Source: Octopus vulgaris (Eukaryota). Taken from it: DNA of 64,000 bases. The notes under the pieces are model-generated. The model saw only the letters and a program-made list of their open reading frames with translations, had not been told where the DNA came from and did no database searches. The stretch lies in the NCBI GenBank assembly GCA_951406725.2, contig OX597818.1, positions 89,652,001 to 89,716,000 on the forward strand, in the 5' to 3' direction. Numbering within the stretch: position 1 is the first letter of the stretch; the number at the start of each line of letters is the position of its first letter. Positions 22,021-36,320 of this stretch are shown in pieces. Made by a program: the position numbers and the translations under genes.

Positions 22021-22660
22021 TTAAAGTACACACACATGTGTTTATGAATTAATACAAGTTTTAATGCACATACACCAGTCACATGTGATTCACTTGTATA
22101 TGTAATTGGTGTATGGTGTCGACATCAGCAACTAGTTTAAATGCATAAATTTAATTCACTGATTGTAGATAGACATGTAAGTGTGGCAAGAAGCTGGTTT
22201 CCCAACTACATGGTTCCGGGTTCAGTCCCACTGCGTGGCACCTTAGGCTGACCAAAGCCTTGTGAATGGATTTGGTAGATGGAAACTGAAAGAAGCCCAT
22301 CATATATATATAAGTTGATATATTCATGTGCGTGTGTCTGTGTTTGTCCCCCCACCTCGCTTGACAACCAATGTTGGTGTGTTTAGTCCCCATAACTTGA
22401 CAGTTCAGCAAAAGAGACCGATAGAATAAGTACTAGCCTCACAAAGAATAAGTCTTGAGGTTGATTTCTGTGGCTAAAACCCTTTAAAGTGGTGCTCCAG
22501 CATGGCTGTAAGCAAATGACTGAAACAGGTTAAAGAATATATATATATATATATATATATATTCCAGGAGATGATAAGTTCAAAAAAAGCCATGTCCAGC
22601 CACTTAGAATAAGGATAAGTCTAACATTTAATCTACTGTCGTTAGTCTGACAAAATATAT

Positions 22661-22912
22661 TTTGCTTTGGTTCTAAACAGCTGAATGCCCTTCCTAATGC
22701 CAACCACTTCACAGAGAGTACTAGATGCTTGGCGGAATTCTGGTTCAAGCACACCTCATAACTTACTTCTGTATTTTTTATAAAATTTTTGTGAATTTGT
22801 GTTCTAGACATAGGAATTCATATGATTATACAAAAACAAACCCACCGCCAATAAATACTAAAATTTCCTCCCTTTTCCGAATTTCGTTGCTGTATGGTAA
22901 GAAGCTTGCTTC
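22661..22912 (+). repeat. ~250-bp inverted duplication, partner at 26679-26940
   Basis: The same MLGGILVQAHLIT... translation appears at 22725(+) and 26872(-); high identity by eye. Confidence 0.85.
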
Positions 22913-25813
22913 TAAAGAGCTATAGGCTAGGCTATATAATTTTACAATTTATTTGCAAATATTGGGTCAGCTTCTCCGACATAATTTTGGATTAAATATT
23001 TTATGAACAAGGCCCTAAGCTTTTAATATTAGTTTCAAGTTTTGGCACAAGGCCAGCAAGTTCGTTAAGCATTTTGCCCAGTGAGTTAATGATTCCACCC
23101 GCTCACCTCTTTCCTAAGTCTTTGATATTAATGATATATAACTATTAACCTTGACTAGAAAATAGTACAGGTTCTCTGACTTTTGTTTAAGCTAGATTTG
23201 GTTCAAACCTGCCATGATTAGCATAGATATTTATGTTTTTGTTTTCCAGCCTTTTGTAGCTCACTGTCCCCTTATATAGAATTGCATTTAACAAACTCAC
23301 CTCAGCATATTTTTTTTAAAATGCAGGAATTTTGGGTTTTGATCTTATTGTGTGATACCTTCCTTGGGAGTGCTCTACTGTAGCACTGAGTTGACCAATT
23401 CCATTTGAGGTAATTTGGGAGATGGAAACTGCAGGAGACCCTTCACATGTATGTATATATATATACATATATATATATGTGGCACATAAAAAGCACCATC
23501 CGTCCGTGGCCGTTTGTCAGCCCCGTCTGGCACCTGTGTCGGTGGCACGTAAAAAGTACCCACTACACTCACGGAGTGGTTGGCGTTAGGAAGGGCATCC
23601 AGCCGTAGAAACACTGCTAGATCAGACTGGGCCTGGTGCAGCCTTCTGGCTTCCCAGACCCCAGTTGAACCGTCCAACCCATGCTAGCATGGAAAGCGGA
23701 CGCTAAATGATGATGATGATGATGATATATATGTGTGTGTGTGGATATAAGTCAAACTACTCAACCTATGCCAGTATAGAGGATGACAATGATATGTATA
23801 TGTCTGAATGTGTGGTGATATTTGTATTCCACAGTTGTCTGTACTCGAGTGAAGAGGTGCAGTTGTTGGCATTCCTTGTTGCCATTATGATTCTTTGTAT
23901 AACTGTATGAAGACAGACATGAGTAAAATAACAAAATATCACTTATTGACTAAATACCTGGACATTGTATGCTTCTTTTACAGAGAGTACTTTTCAACTG
24001 TGCTTTGATTTCTCAGAAATGGCTGCCGAATATTTAACAAATTACTTCATGCCATCTTAAATTAAGAAAATAAACATTCTTATTAAAAAATGTTGGGATG
24101 GTCTCAGTTGTATTGCCATTGGTCATAGGTCTGTAATGTCAGAGCTGACATTACAGCCAATGAACAAACACACCGTATAGAAAGTTACAGAAGTTATGTA
24201 CGTTCATCTGATATATATGTATGTGTGTATGTGCGTGTGTGTGTGTGTATATTCTTTTTTTTAAATTTTTGCGCCCTTTTCAAGCCTAGCCAGGCTCATG
24301 GGCCCAGTTTCCCAGTTTCTGTGGCGTATGTGTTCCCTCCAGCTGGACGAGACACCAGTCCATCGCAGCGTTACCCAAGAAACAGGAAGAAAGAGTAAGA
24401 GAAAGTTGGGGCGAAAGAGCACAATAGGGGTCGCCACCATCCCCTACCGGAGCCTCGTGGTGCTTTAGGTGTTTTCACTCAATAAACACACACAACGCTT
24501 GGTTTTGGAATCGAAACCGCAAGTATATATATATATATATACACACACAGACATATATATCATCATCATCATCAGCAAATGAAGTTAAACGATGCTGATG
24601 ATGTGTGTGTTTGTGTGTATGTATCTCTTATCTTGACATCGTGTGATAATTGTAAATGATAGTCACTGTCATACAAGCAGTGTGATTCATTTCTAATATT
24701 CTGTGTGAACATATCTGGCAGTGGGGAAATATTACCTTGCTTGGAAACAGGTGAGTGTTGATGACAGGAAGGGCATCCGACTACAGAAAATTTTCCTCAA
24801 TAAACTCCGTCCGACTCATGCAAGCATGGAAAAATGAACATTAGATAATGATGGCGACAAAGGTAATCTTAATGAAGAGATTATAATTACAAGATAAAGT
24901 TGACTGAAATAACTTTAGTCATTGAGTCAGTGTTGTCTTTCCTTCACATAATTATTTCTAATTAGATTTTTGGATATTTATTACATAAAACATATTCCTT
25001 TCTATGCTAGGCACAGGGCCCAAAATTTTTGGGGTGGAGGCCAGCCGATTACATCGACCCCAGTATGCAACTGGTACTTACTTTATCGACCCCGAAAGGA
25101 TGAAAGGCAAAGCTGACCTTGGTGGAATTTGAACTCAGAGCATAAAGACAGATGAAATGCCACTAAGCATTTTGCCCTGTGTGCTAATGTTTCTTATTTC
25201 TTTATTGCCCACAAGGGGCTAAACATAGAGGGGACAAACAAAGGTATTAAGTCGATTAGATCAACCCCAGTGCCTAACTGGTACTTAATTTATCGACTTC
25301 GAAAGGATGAAAGGCAAAGTCGGCCTTGGCGGAATTTGAACTCAGAATGTAACGGCAGACGAAATACCACTAAGCATTTCGCCCGGTGTGCTAATGTTTC
25401 TGCCAGCTCGCCGCCTTGATTACATTAAAAATATGAAGACTCTTTTATCTTTTCCTTTTTACTTGTTTCAGTCATGAGACTGTGGCATTACCTTTAGAAA
25501 TATTTAGTCAGCTGTATCAACCCCAATATTTATTTTTTTAAAGCCAGGTACTTATTCTATTGGTCTGTTTTGTCGAACCGCGAAGTTACTGGGACAAAAA
25601 CACACCAGCACTGATTGTCAAGCAGTGGTGGTGGTGGGAGGGAACAAAACACACACACACACAAATATATATACATAGTTTGCTTATCAACCACATGGTT
25701 CCAGGTTCAGTCCCACTGCATGGCACCTTGATCAAGTGTCTTCTACTATAGCCTCAGACTGACCAAAGCCTTGTGAGTGGATTTGGTAGACAGAAACTAG
25801 AAGAAGCTCATCG

Positions 25814-25848
<35 letters not shown>

Positions 25849-26174
25849 ATATGTTTGTCTGTGTTTATCCTCTAAGCATCACTTGACAACCGATGCTGGT
25901 GTGTTTATGTCCCTGTAACTTAGCGGTTTGGCAAAAGAGACCGATAGAATAAGTACTAGGCTTACACAGAATAAGCTCTGGGATCGATTTGCTCGACTAA
26001 AGGCGATGGTCCAATATAGCTGCAATCAAATGACTGAAACAAGTAAAAGAGTAAACTGACAGAATACAAAGAATAAGTCCTGGAGTCAATTTGCTCAACT
26101 AAAAGCAGTGCTCCAGCATGGCCGTAGTCAAATGACTGAAAGAAGTAAAAGAATGAAAAAAATATATATATATA

Positions 26175-26549
26175 CTAGCAGTATCGCCCGGCGTTGCTCG
26201 GGTTTGTAAGGGAAATAACTATATAAGCATTTTTAGAGAGTTATAGCCAAAAAATAGCAAAAAAATGCATTAAAAATGGAAAAAAATTATGGTAAATTTT
26301 TTTTTAAATCGTTGACTCATCGTAGACATTTTTAGAGAGTTACTTCCCTTATATAATAGCGAAAAATATGCATTAAAATGAAAAAAAATGATGGTAAATT
26401 GTAGACGCGTGCTAATACCCAGAAGGGCTCGATATGAATCACGACTATAAGATACCCGGTTTTGGTTAAACTGCACCGCAAAATGTGGGAGTAGTTAGGA
26501 ATCTAAATTGTAGGAGACAGACACACAACTTCTCTTTTATATATAAAGA
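26175..26549 (-). mobile_element. Non-autonomous Helitron
   Basis: 5'-TC (TCTTTATATATAAAAGAG), subterminal CCCG-AGCAACGC-CGGG hairpin, CTAG-3'; inserted between A and T with no TSD. Confidence 0.85.
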
Positions 26550-26678
26550 TATACAACAGGCTTCTTTCAGTTTCCATCTATCATTCACTCGCAAAGCTTT
26601 GGTCAGCCTGAGGCTTTATTAGAAGAAACTTGCCCAGATTGCCAAGTAGTGGGACTGAACCCCGAACCATATGGTTGG

Positions 26679-26940
26679 GAAGCAAGCTTCTTATCACACA
26701 GCAACGAAATTTGGAAAAGGGAGGAAATATTAGTATTTATTGGCGGTGGGTTTGTTTTTGTATAATCATATGAATTCCTATGTCTAGAACACAAATTCAC
26801 AAAAATTTTATAAAAAATACAAAGAAGTAAAAAAGTTATGAGGTGTGCTTGAACCAGAATTCCGCCAAGCATCTAGTACTCTCTGTGAAGTGGTTGGCAT
26901 TAGGAAGGGCATTCAGCTGTTGAAACCATACCGAAGCAAA
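26679..26940 (-). repeat. Inverted partner of 22661-22912
   Basis: Reverse-complement match. Confidence 0.85.
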
Positions 26941-27159
26941 CATTGTAGTTTGATGCAGTCGTCTGGTTTGCTAGCAGAGAAAACTGATGTTAAATGATGA
27001 TGATGATGATGAATCTTTGATACTCAACCTATTATGACCTGCTGGATGTAACCAATACAGTAGAAAGGATTATTATTATTATGGTGACTGTTTCTAAAGG
27101 TTTAAATCTGGATTCTTATGATTCCTGTAAAACTAAAAATTACATAATACAGTTCTATA

Positions 27160-27440
27160 ATGAGAAATTATGTACATTATTTACATTATTTCCATGGGCA
27201 TATGGCGTAGTTGTTAAGAGCATGGGCTTCTAACTCCAAGATTCTGAGTTCGATTCCTGGCAGTGACCTGAATAATAATAATAATAATAACATCGAAAAA
27301 TACCTTAGGAATAAGAACCCAGGTTCGAAATTTCTCCCAAGACACCTGATGAAGGCTGGAGGGTATATCAGTCGCAATGTTATGTTAACAACAAAGATGA
27401 GGACAAATATCTACCGAATGTAAATAATATAAAAATTACA
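27160..27440 (+). mobile_element. Penelope-like terminal repeat with a tRNA-like segment and a degenerate hammerhead
   Basis: TGGCGTAGTTGTTAAG / GAGTTCGATTCC A/B-box-like motifs, then ACAC-CTGATGA-AGGCTG...CAGTC-GCAATGTT (decayed core). Confidence 0.45.
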
Positions 27441-29379
27441 TTGTTAATAATTTTCTTTTGTGTGTGTGTGTTTGTGGGTGGGGGGAAGGGTTGTGTTAGG
27501 CTATAATTATATTTTTGAGAATTTTTTTTTGTTTTGCTTTTAATTCTCAGCTGGTAACCTACATAGGCAGAGGCGTGGCTATGTGGCTAAGAAGCTCGCT
27601 TTTGCTTGGGTTCAGTCCCACCTTGTAGCTTGAGTAAGTGTCTTCCAAATGTCCTGGCCTGTGTGTGTTGCATCCATTTCCACTGCTTGATAACCAGTGT
27701 TGGTTTGTTTATGTCTGTTAAGTTACTTAGCAGTTTGGCAAAAGAGACCGATAGAATAAGTATCAAACTTTAAAAAATGGAGTCAATTTATTTGGCTAAA
27801 CTCTTTCAGGTGGTGTTCCAGTATGGCTGCAGTCCAATGGCTGAAACAAGTAAAAGGGAAAAGACACCCATTAAAAGCAGCTCCACCCATTCCAAAGAAA
27901 ACAACCAATCAGGTTACAAGAGCCTTCTCTTACATCACCAACCCATTACACCTGAATCCATATTCTTTTATACTTTTATTTGTTTCAGTCAGTTGACTGT
28001 GGCAATGCTGGAGCACCACCTTTAGTCGAACGAATTGACCCCAAGACTTATTTTTTGTAAGCCTAGCGCTTTTTCTATCGGTCTCTTTTACCGACTCGCT
28101 GAATTATGGGGACATAAACACACTAACATCGGTTGTCAAGCGATGTGGTGGTGGTGGGGGGGGACAACACACATTTCCATCTACCAAATCTACTCACAAG
28201 GCTTTGGTTGGCCTGAAGCTATAGTAGAAGACACTGGCCCAAGATGTCACACAGTGGGATTGAACCCAAAACCATATCGTTGGGAAGCAAGCGTCTTACC
28301 ACACAGCCACGCCTGCCCCTAAATTATTAAAAATGGAGCAGATCTGTTGATTCCTCCATTCCTTTACAAACATATTAATACTAGCCATCTCTGAAGATGG
28401 TTAGCAGTGTGGCCAAAAGCTCAGTGAAACATTCTTTTCTCAGTGTGAAAGCCTAGTCATATTAACCAGGTAAACTGCTTAATCTATCTAAAGTTAAATT
28501 AGGTTTTGGCTGTTATTCACCTAGGCCATGTATAATTTAATTGCACCATCTGGAGTAATTTTTGAAGATATATTTTAGGGCATCATAGCCCACACGAGTA
28601 GGGAATAATTGTTTGTCAAAATATATATGCAGATGTTGGGGGTTTGACTAGTAATTTCTTCGGGGAATTTGTCCAGGTTTTGTTTGAATGTTATGAGGGT
28701 GTTTTTCTTTGATTTCTTTTAGGAGGTAACAATGACCAGATAAGGTTATTGTGTTACAATGGTACTAAGTGGTGTGAGATCGATTTTTGTTGGGGTGTAT
28801 GGCTCTGGGTCCAAGCCCTGGGTGATTTGTGAACTATAGACATAACAATAAACGTCGCCCTTTTCAAGCCTAGACAGGCTCATGGGCCCGGCTTCCCGGT
28901 TTCTGTGGTATATGTGTACCTCCCAGCTGGACGGGACGCCAGTCCATCGCAGCGTTACTCAAGAAGAAAGTTGTGGCGAAAGTGTACAACAGGGGTCGCC
29001 ACCACCCCTGCCGGAGCCTTGTGGAACTTTTAGGTGTTTCGCTCAATAAACACACACAACGCCCGGTCTGGGAATCGAAACCGCGAGTCCGCTGTCCTAA
29101 CCACTGTAGCAACGTCAACAATTACGGCGACAGCAACAATAATAGCAGAAGCAGAATAAGAAAATGAAGCTACAACACACAAGAAAAGAGAAAACAACAA
29201 CAGGCGTAGGAGTGGCTGTGTGGTAAGTAGCTTGTTTACGAATCACATAGTTCCGGGTTCAGTCCCACTGCGTGGCACCTTGGGCAAGTGTCTTCTACTA
29301 TAGCCTCGGGCTGACCAAAGCCTTGTGAGTGGATTTGGTAGACGGAAACTGAAAGAAGCCCGCCGCATATATGTGTATG

Positions 29380-29434
<55 letters not shown>

Positions 29435-29525
29435 TTCCTTCTTTCCTGAGCGTCCAATAATACTATATTTGTTCCACGTCCTCGCGTTGTTGTGTTTTTT
29501 TGGGCTTTCTTGTGTGGATTAACTT

Positions 29526-29592
<67 letters not shown>

Positions 29593-30399
29593 TTGTGTGT
29601 CTGTGTTTGTCCCACCCTACATTGCTTGACAACCGATGCTGGTATGTTTAAGTCCCCGTAACTTAGCGGTTCGCCAAAACTTTTTACTTATAATAAGTAC
29701 TAGGCTTACGAAGAATAAGCTCTGGGGTCGATTTGTTCGACTAAAGGCGGTGCTCCAGCATGACCACAGTCAAATGACTGAAACAAGTAAAAGAGTAACC
29801 AGAAGAGCAGAAACAAAAGCTAACACAGTAGCAACTACCCATTACCGGATCTTTCAACTGGAGAACGAAGGGATGAGAAATTTGTTCAAATCCACAAGGT
29901 TAAAATCTCTGAAACAGGTGGAAGCTTTTGATGAACACGCCTTTGAGTCCCTTATCAAACGTTTCTCACATGTAGGAGTTTTAAATAAGTATCCTGGACA
30001 CCGTGTGTTGGGAGGCCCTTTCAAGAGTTCCTAAAAAACAGAGCAGGTAAGTGATACCCAACACAATTTAAAAGCAGTTCCGTATCCTCTTGGAATGGCC
30101 GCACTGAGAATAGGCGGTACAAAGGTGCGTTACTTTGTAACTGACTATGCACCGAAAGCAACTGGGTTGTCGGATTTCTTTGGACGTTAAACAACGTCTG
30201 TAAGAATAAGTTGTTCAATAGTGTTAAATGGTAATTTGGATGGAATCTTGGATTTACGCAAGTATTGTGTGGGAGAAGAGAAGCTAATGGAACAGTGAGT
30301 ATAAAAGCTTCGCTAGCTTGCTCAAGTAGTGTCTGACAGGCTTCGTCTAAATTTCCCAACTGCACTAACGTGGACGTAGACAAACGTCTGAACGTGTCT

Positions 30400-31183
30400 G
30401 AACGTGTCAAAGTGCTGTCATCTGCCTGTTGGCTCTCCTCCTGCAACTCAACTTGATTTCGAGCCGGGTCATCTGCTGCTGGAGAGGACCGATCAGGTAA
30501 AGGACCTGGGTATCTTGGTGGATTCCTCCTTTTCACCTTCGGCCCAGTGCGTCCATGCTGCCAACAAAGCACGCGGAATTCTGTTCTTGATTCGACGGTC
30601 ATTCGGAATGCTCACAGCAGCCATATTCCTACCACTCTATGTCACGCTGGTGAGACCCATATTGGAGTACGGGATTCAAGCCTCTTCTCCTTATCTCCTC
30701 AAAGACATACAGCATCTCGAAAGAGTCCAGAAGCTGGCTACCCGCATGGTTCAAGGTCTCAAAAATTTGTCCTATGAAGAAAGGCTGAGGACGCTCGACC
30801 TTTATTCTCTTGAAAACGCCGCCGCCGTGGTGATCTCATTCTCGCCCACAACATCATAAGCGGAAAGTGTAACCTCTCGAAAGAGCTGTTCTTCACTCCT
30901 GCTCCAGAGCGTCGGCTGCGGGGTCATTCCGAAAAGCTCTACCTGCGACGATTTCATCTCAATCGAAGGAGAGGAGCTTTCTCCGTCCGGGTTGCGGATC
31001 CGTGGAACAAGCTGCCAGACGAGATGGTGAAGATGCCGACGACCGCTTTGTTCAAAGCCTCCCTTGACCTCAAGTGGCCTGAACCCTTTACATGAACACC
31101 ACCCTGTACTTAACTCCATGTCCCCCTACATGGCCTTGCTATTTGCTTTTGAGCCAAATTAACTAACTAACTAACTAACTAAC
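30400..31183 (+). mobile_element. CR1-group LINE, 5'-truncated, (CTAA)n tail
   Basis: KDLGILVDSSFSPSAQC...LYVTLVRPILEY...LERVQKLATRMV...SYEERLRTLDLYSLE, continuing after a 1-bp shift as RRRRGDLI...RGHSEKL...WNKLP; TAAC repeats at 31160-31183. Confidence 0.9.
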
Positions 31184-31201
31184 AAACCATATAGGATCAC
31201 T

Positions 31202-31434
31202 AAAGGCGGCGAACTGGCAGAAACGTTAGCACGCCGGGCGAAATGCGTAGCCGTATTTCGTCTGCCTTTACGTTCTGGGTTCAAATTCCGCCGAGGTCGA
31301 CTTAGCCTTTCATTCTTTCGGGGTCGATAAATTAAGTACCAGTTATGCACTGGGGTTGATGTAATCGACTTAATCCGTTTGTCTGTCCTTGTTTGTCCCC
31401 TCTGTGTTTAGCCCCTTGTGGGTAGTAAAGAAGT
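31202..31434 (+). mobile_element. SINE family B, full length, 13-bp TSD
   Basis: TSD ATATAGGATCACT at 31189 and 31435; A-box TGGCAGAAACGTT, B-box GGTTCAAATTCC. Confidence 0.9.
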
Positions 31435-31555
31435 ATATAGGATCACTTAGATCGTAGTTAAAATTTTCGTCAGGTTAGTAGAAAGGCATAGTGTAAGTTG
31501 TTTATAGTTTTAAGATAGTTGGTTACACGGACGACATACTGTCAACTTAGACAAA

Positions 31556-31926
31556 GGAGGCGCAATGGCCCAGTGGTTAGGGCAGCGGACTCGCGGTTTC
31601 GATTCCCAGGCCGGGCGTTGTGAGTGTTTATTGAGCGAAAACACCTAATTCTCCACGACGCTCCGGCAGGGATGGTGGTGATCCCTGCTGTACTCTTTCA
31701 CCACAACTTTCTCTCACTCTTACTTCCTGTTTCTATTGTACCTGTATTTCAAAGGGCTGGCCTTGTCACTCTCTGTGTCACGCTGAATATCCCCGAGAAC
31801 TACGTTCAGGGTACACGTGTCTGTGGAGTGCTCAGTCACTTACACGTTAATTTCACGAGCAGGCTGTTCCGTTGATCGGATCAACCGGAACCCTCGTCGT
31901 CGTAACCGACGGAGTGCTTCCAAACA
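31556..31926 (+). mobile_element. SINE family C, full length, 11-bp TSD
   Basis: Head GGAGGCGCAATGGCCCAGTGGTTAGG, B-box GGTTTCGATTCC; TSD AACTTAGACAA at 31544 and 31927. Confidence 0.85.
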
Positions 31927-32662
31927 AACTTAGACAAGGAAGCTGAACGTCTCTTTTCGTTATGAAAAGATTTCAAGGATTAGCGAACTGATCAAGTGAT
32001 TATTGACAGGCCATCATCAATAACAAGTAATGGGGGCCCTCTAAAGAGGAAAATTACAGTATATTCTGTTAGCTTTAAGAATGAGCTGCAAAAAATATAA
32101 ATTCAGTCATTTAGAAGAGCTTCATGGAAGGGACATCGCAAATGTCATGCTTACAGCGAGAATGGCCCTTGGCCAATTTCATCGATGCGAAGCACGGAAG
32201 ATGCATTGTTCAACTTTGGACGCAAAGACAGGAAGTTAATTTGAAGACCCAAACAGCCAGTATGTCTGAGTCCAGCGAGGCTGTAGATTCACAAATTATG
32301 GTATATTCCTGGTAAATTGCATCAGACGCGAGCTATCTGATACTTAACAAATATGTACAGTTATTCGAGCAGCACTTTGTGGACTGTTCTCGAGAAACAG
32401 CAGACTAAGATTGTAAAAGTTCGATGCTTATTTCGGTGTTCTGCTGCAACTTTAGATCAGAGAAATGGAGTTCTGTGATGTGGCGGACGTGTCGAACATC
32501 TTAGCGAGGGAGAAATCGACGGGTTAGGATGGCCTGCCTTATGAACTGTACTTCTACACGCCTGACTAAATCAGTACTACTTTGTCAGCTGTCTATTGCA
32601 TTTGGTCGCTGACTGTAAGATATCCAGTCGTGAAAGCTCGGGACTCGTAACACTATCGAGGA

Positions 32663-33089
32663 TAGCGCTGGATTAACCATTAAGCAAAATAAGCATATGC
32701 TGAGGGCATCAAGGGAAGGAGGGGGCGTCACAGAAATAGTAAATGGTTTACGGCACAAAAGAAATTACTTTAAATTTCGTAAAATAATATTCGGGATGCC
32801 TTCATCTCTACTAAGTATAGATGCAGATGTGTTATCTAAGATTAATTTTGAGGATCTGATCAAAGACTTTGCTATTCAAAAAAATAGGAGGGAACTTTTC
32901 AAACATAAATGAAGTGGAAGTATACAAAAACAAACACTATTATCCCCTGTAACTGTTTTGTTTCGTTTTGAAAAATTAAAAATCATTTTTTGGTTTGTTA
33001 TTGTTTATATTTTGGATTACATAATCTTTTATGGGGGCACTAAAATCTTTTAAGTGCTTAGGGTCTCGATGGGTCTTAATCCGGTCCTG
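32663..33089 (+). mobile_element. hAT deletion derivative retaining the transposase C-terminus
   Basis: Ends TAGCGCTGGATTAA / TTAATCCGGTCCTG; SLLSIDADVLSKINFEDLIKDFAIQKNRR resembles the hAT C-terminal dimerisation region. Confidence 0.65.
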
Positions 33090-34419
33090 GCTGAGGAGGA
33101 ACCCAAACAGAAACATACGCTAGAGAATTTCAAGTTCATAATTCTGCTGTACACGCGTGAAAATTTTGGCAAAGGCATTCGCCAAACAGGAGGAAAGAGG
33201 AAAGCAGGGCTGGTCCTTTTGATGCCATGGTAACATCGGATCAGTGGGGTTCTTCGATTGTTCTTAGGCCAATATCCTATTCTAAGAACGTTTAAAATTT
33301 TTATACAATGTGTAGAATTTCATTTTTAATTTCATTTTTCTTTTCCAACTTTTCTTTGAATTTATGTGTAAAACGCGACACAATTTTGTAATCTGTCAAT
33401 GTAATGTTCTCTCACATGTAGTCTTTGTGGCAAATAAAAGAAATCCAATTCCTCATTCTCTTCTTCTTCTTCTTTTTCTGAAGGTGGATTAGCTGAATCG
33501 TTTGATATTAGCGAGTTCGAATCCTGCCAAGGTCAACTGTGTCTTTCATCTTCAGGGACGATAGATTAAAACACCATTCAAAGAGTGGGGTCAATGGTGT
33601 TCCCCAATGGTAGAATCATTAGCACGCCGGGCGAAATGCTTAGGAGTATTTCGTCTGACATTATGTTCTGAGTTCAAATTCCGACGAGGTCGACTTTGCG
33701 TTTCATTTTTTCGAGGTCGATAAGATAAGTACCAGTTGAGTACTGGGGTCGATGTAATCGACTAGCCCCCTCCCCCATAGTTTCAGGCCTTGTGCCTACA
33801 GCAGAAACGATTATTATTATTAAAGATTTATATTGTCATTGATCTCGATCACATCATGAAGAACCTCCTCCTCCTCCTTATCATCATCATCACTACCAGC
33901 AACACCACCATCACCCCAATCGCCACGGCGACCACCACCACCACCGCTAAGGGAACCTCTACGTGGTCTCTGGACATGCTAGGTATAGGAAACAAATTTC
34001 CCTCAAATCACAATTCCTACCGGATAATGTGGTGCTGGGTTTCTCTGTATTCTGGAAAATGACTAGTTGGTCACGGTTGGAATGTCTCTCACCATAATAA
34101 GCCTGCTCAAGCAGGAATGATCAAGGGCGAAAAAAACCCCCCACCCCTTTTACCACCATCATCGCCATCTCCCAACACCATCACCACCACCACCTCCTTC
34201 TCCTCCAGGATGTAACACAAACGAAAAGTGACCGAATGGAAAGAATTGATGACTGCATCAAGCAGTCAGAGCAGAATCCGCAGCAGTAGCAGAGGAAGGA
34301 CAGCAACGACATCTATAGACAGAAGCTACTGTCATGGCCGTCTTGACAAAAGAAGTAAAAAGGAAAAGTAAATAATAAAAAAATAAAAACAAGACATCTT
34401 CCCAGTTGTTCCTGCTTCC

Positions 34420-34710
34420 ACCTTTGTCTTCTCTCTCTCTCTTTATCTATCTACCTATCTATCTATCTATCTATTTATTTCTCTCTCCTCTCTTCGCCCC
34501 TCTTCTCTCTCTCTATTTCTCGTGTTTCCTTCTCGACATGCTGTTTCTCACTCTCCTCTTCGTCGTCTTTTTTCTCCTCTCATATCTGTACTTCTGTTTT
34601 CAACCTTATACTGTCTTGTTCCCCCGCCCCCCTCTCTCTATGCAGACACACACACACACATCCTTACCGATCTTTCCTTTTTTTCTATTTCCTTTCTCTC
34701 TCCCTCTTTC

Positions 34711-34744
<34 letters not shown>

Positions 34745-35190
34745 CCTCTCTCAGTTTATATATATAGCTTTTCTTTTCTCCTTCATCTCCAATCTCTCTC
34801 TCTCCCTCTCTTTCTCTCCCTCTCTTTCTCTCCCTCCCTCTCTCAGTTTATATATATAGCTTTTCTTTTCTCCTTCATCTCCAATCTCTCTCTCTCTTTC
34901 TCTCTTTCTTCGCTTGCTTCTTTCTATCTGCTTCCTCTCTCACCCCTTCGCTGTTTCCCACTCCTTCCTCTCCGTATCCTGCAAGCCCTTCCTTAAGATT
35001 TCCCTTTCTCTCTCTCTCTTTCCTATGTTCTCTTTCTCTTTCTCCCTCTCTCATCTTATGCCTCGTTCTTCCCCCTCTCACTTCTTATTCCTTGTTTTCC
35101 TCCCTCTCTCACTTTGTATACTGTCCCTCTGTCCCTTCATCCCCTCTCTCACACCACCACTCTTCACCCCCATATCTTTCTCATACTCCA
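34420..35190. repeat. Polypyrimidine (CT)-rich low-complexity tract
   Basis: Read directly; includes an internal ~95-bp duplication at 34740-34900. Confidence 0.9.
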
Positions 35191-35683
35191 TCTAGTAATA
35201 TGTCCCTTCTATCGAGTGTGCCACACTAGAGACATCAGATCCTATAGATAGATTTCATATGAATGATATCCATTGATACTACATTTTTTTCCAGGGAACT
35301 TCCTTACTACAGCGACACCAGGCCCCGTGAGTTATCGATATATCTATATATCTATTATATCTATAAGAACGATATACACACACACACACACAGACAATAT
35401 ACTTACTCTGACGGACATATTTTTATTATAAGATGCCATATATTTTGCTTATATATATATATTTTTGCTTATATATATTATATATATTATACATGTATGT
35501 AGCATCTCATCACATCTAGACAATAAAAGGTAGATTGATTGATTGATAGATAATGACCATACATATATATACTTGTATATTAAAATATATATTTACATAT
35601 GTATATAAATATATTTGCATTTATTACATCTATGTTACATATGTATAAATGTGTGTGTGTATATATATATATAAATATATATA

Positions 35684-35744
<61 letters not shown>

Positions 35745-36191
35745 GCATATATATATATATAAACACACACACATATGTGTGTAGGCGTAGGAGTGGCTGT
35801 GTGCTAAGAAGCTTGCTTTCCAATCACATAGTTCCGGATTCAGTCCCACTGCGGAGCATCTTGGGCAAGTGTCTTCTGCCATAGCCTCGGGCCGACCAAA
35901 GCCTTGTGAGTGTGTCTGGTAGACGGAAATTTAAAGAAGCCCGCCGTATATATGTGTATGTATATATATATATATATATATAGTTAATCCAAACAAGAAA
36001 ACACAAAAAAAAAACACAACAACGCGAGGACGTGGAACAAATAAATATAGTAGTATTGGACGCTCAGGAAAGATTGAAAGAAGGACACATACATATATAT
36101 ATATATATATTATATATTATATATATGTATATATACATATATATATGTGTGTTATATATATATATGATATATATATATATATATATATATA

Positions 36192-36242
<51 letters not shown>

Positions 36243-36265
36243 ATATATATATATATATATATATA

Positions 36266-36316
<51 letters not shown>

Positions 36317-36320
36317 ATAT

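Larger units (their letters stand above)
31440..33443 (+). mobile_element. Old Tx1-family ORF2/3'UTR relic carrying nested SINE and hAT insertions
   Basis: Recognisable remnants FKIVGYTD, KLNVSF, IINNK, GLGWPAL/DGLPYELYFYTPD; 3' end CTTTGTGGCAAATAAAAGAAA. Confidence 0.65.

Noticed and set aside
34406-35195. Hydrophobic Leu/Ser/Phe ORFs resembling membrane proteins (also 50730-51488)
   Set aside because: Translations of CT-rich and CTAC/CTAT repeats
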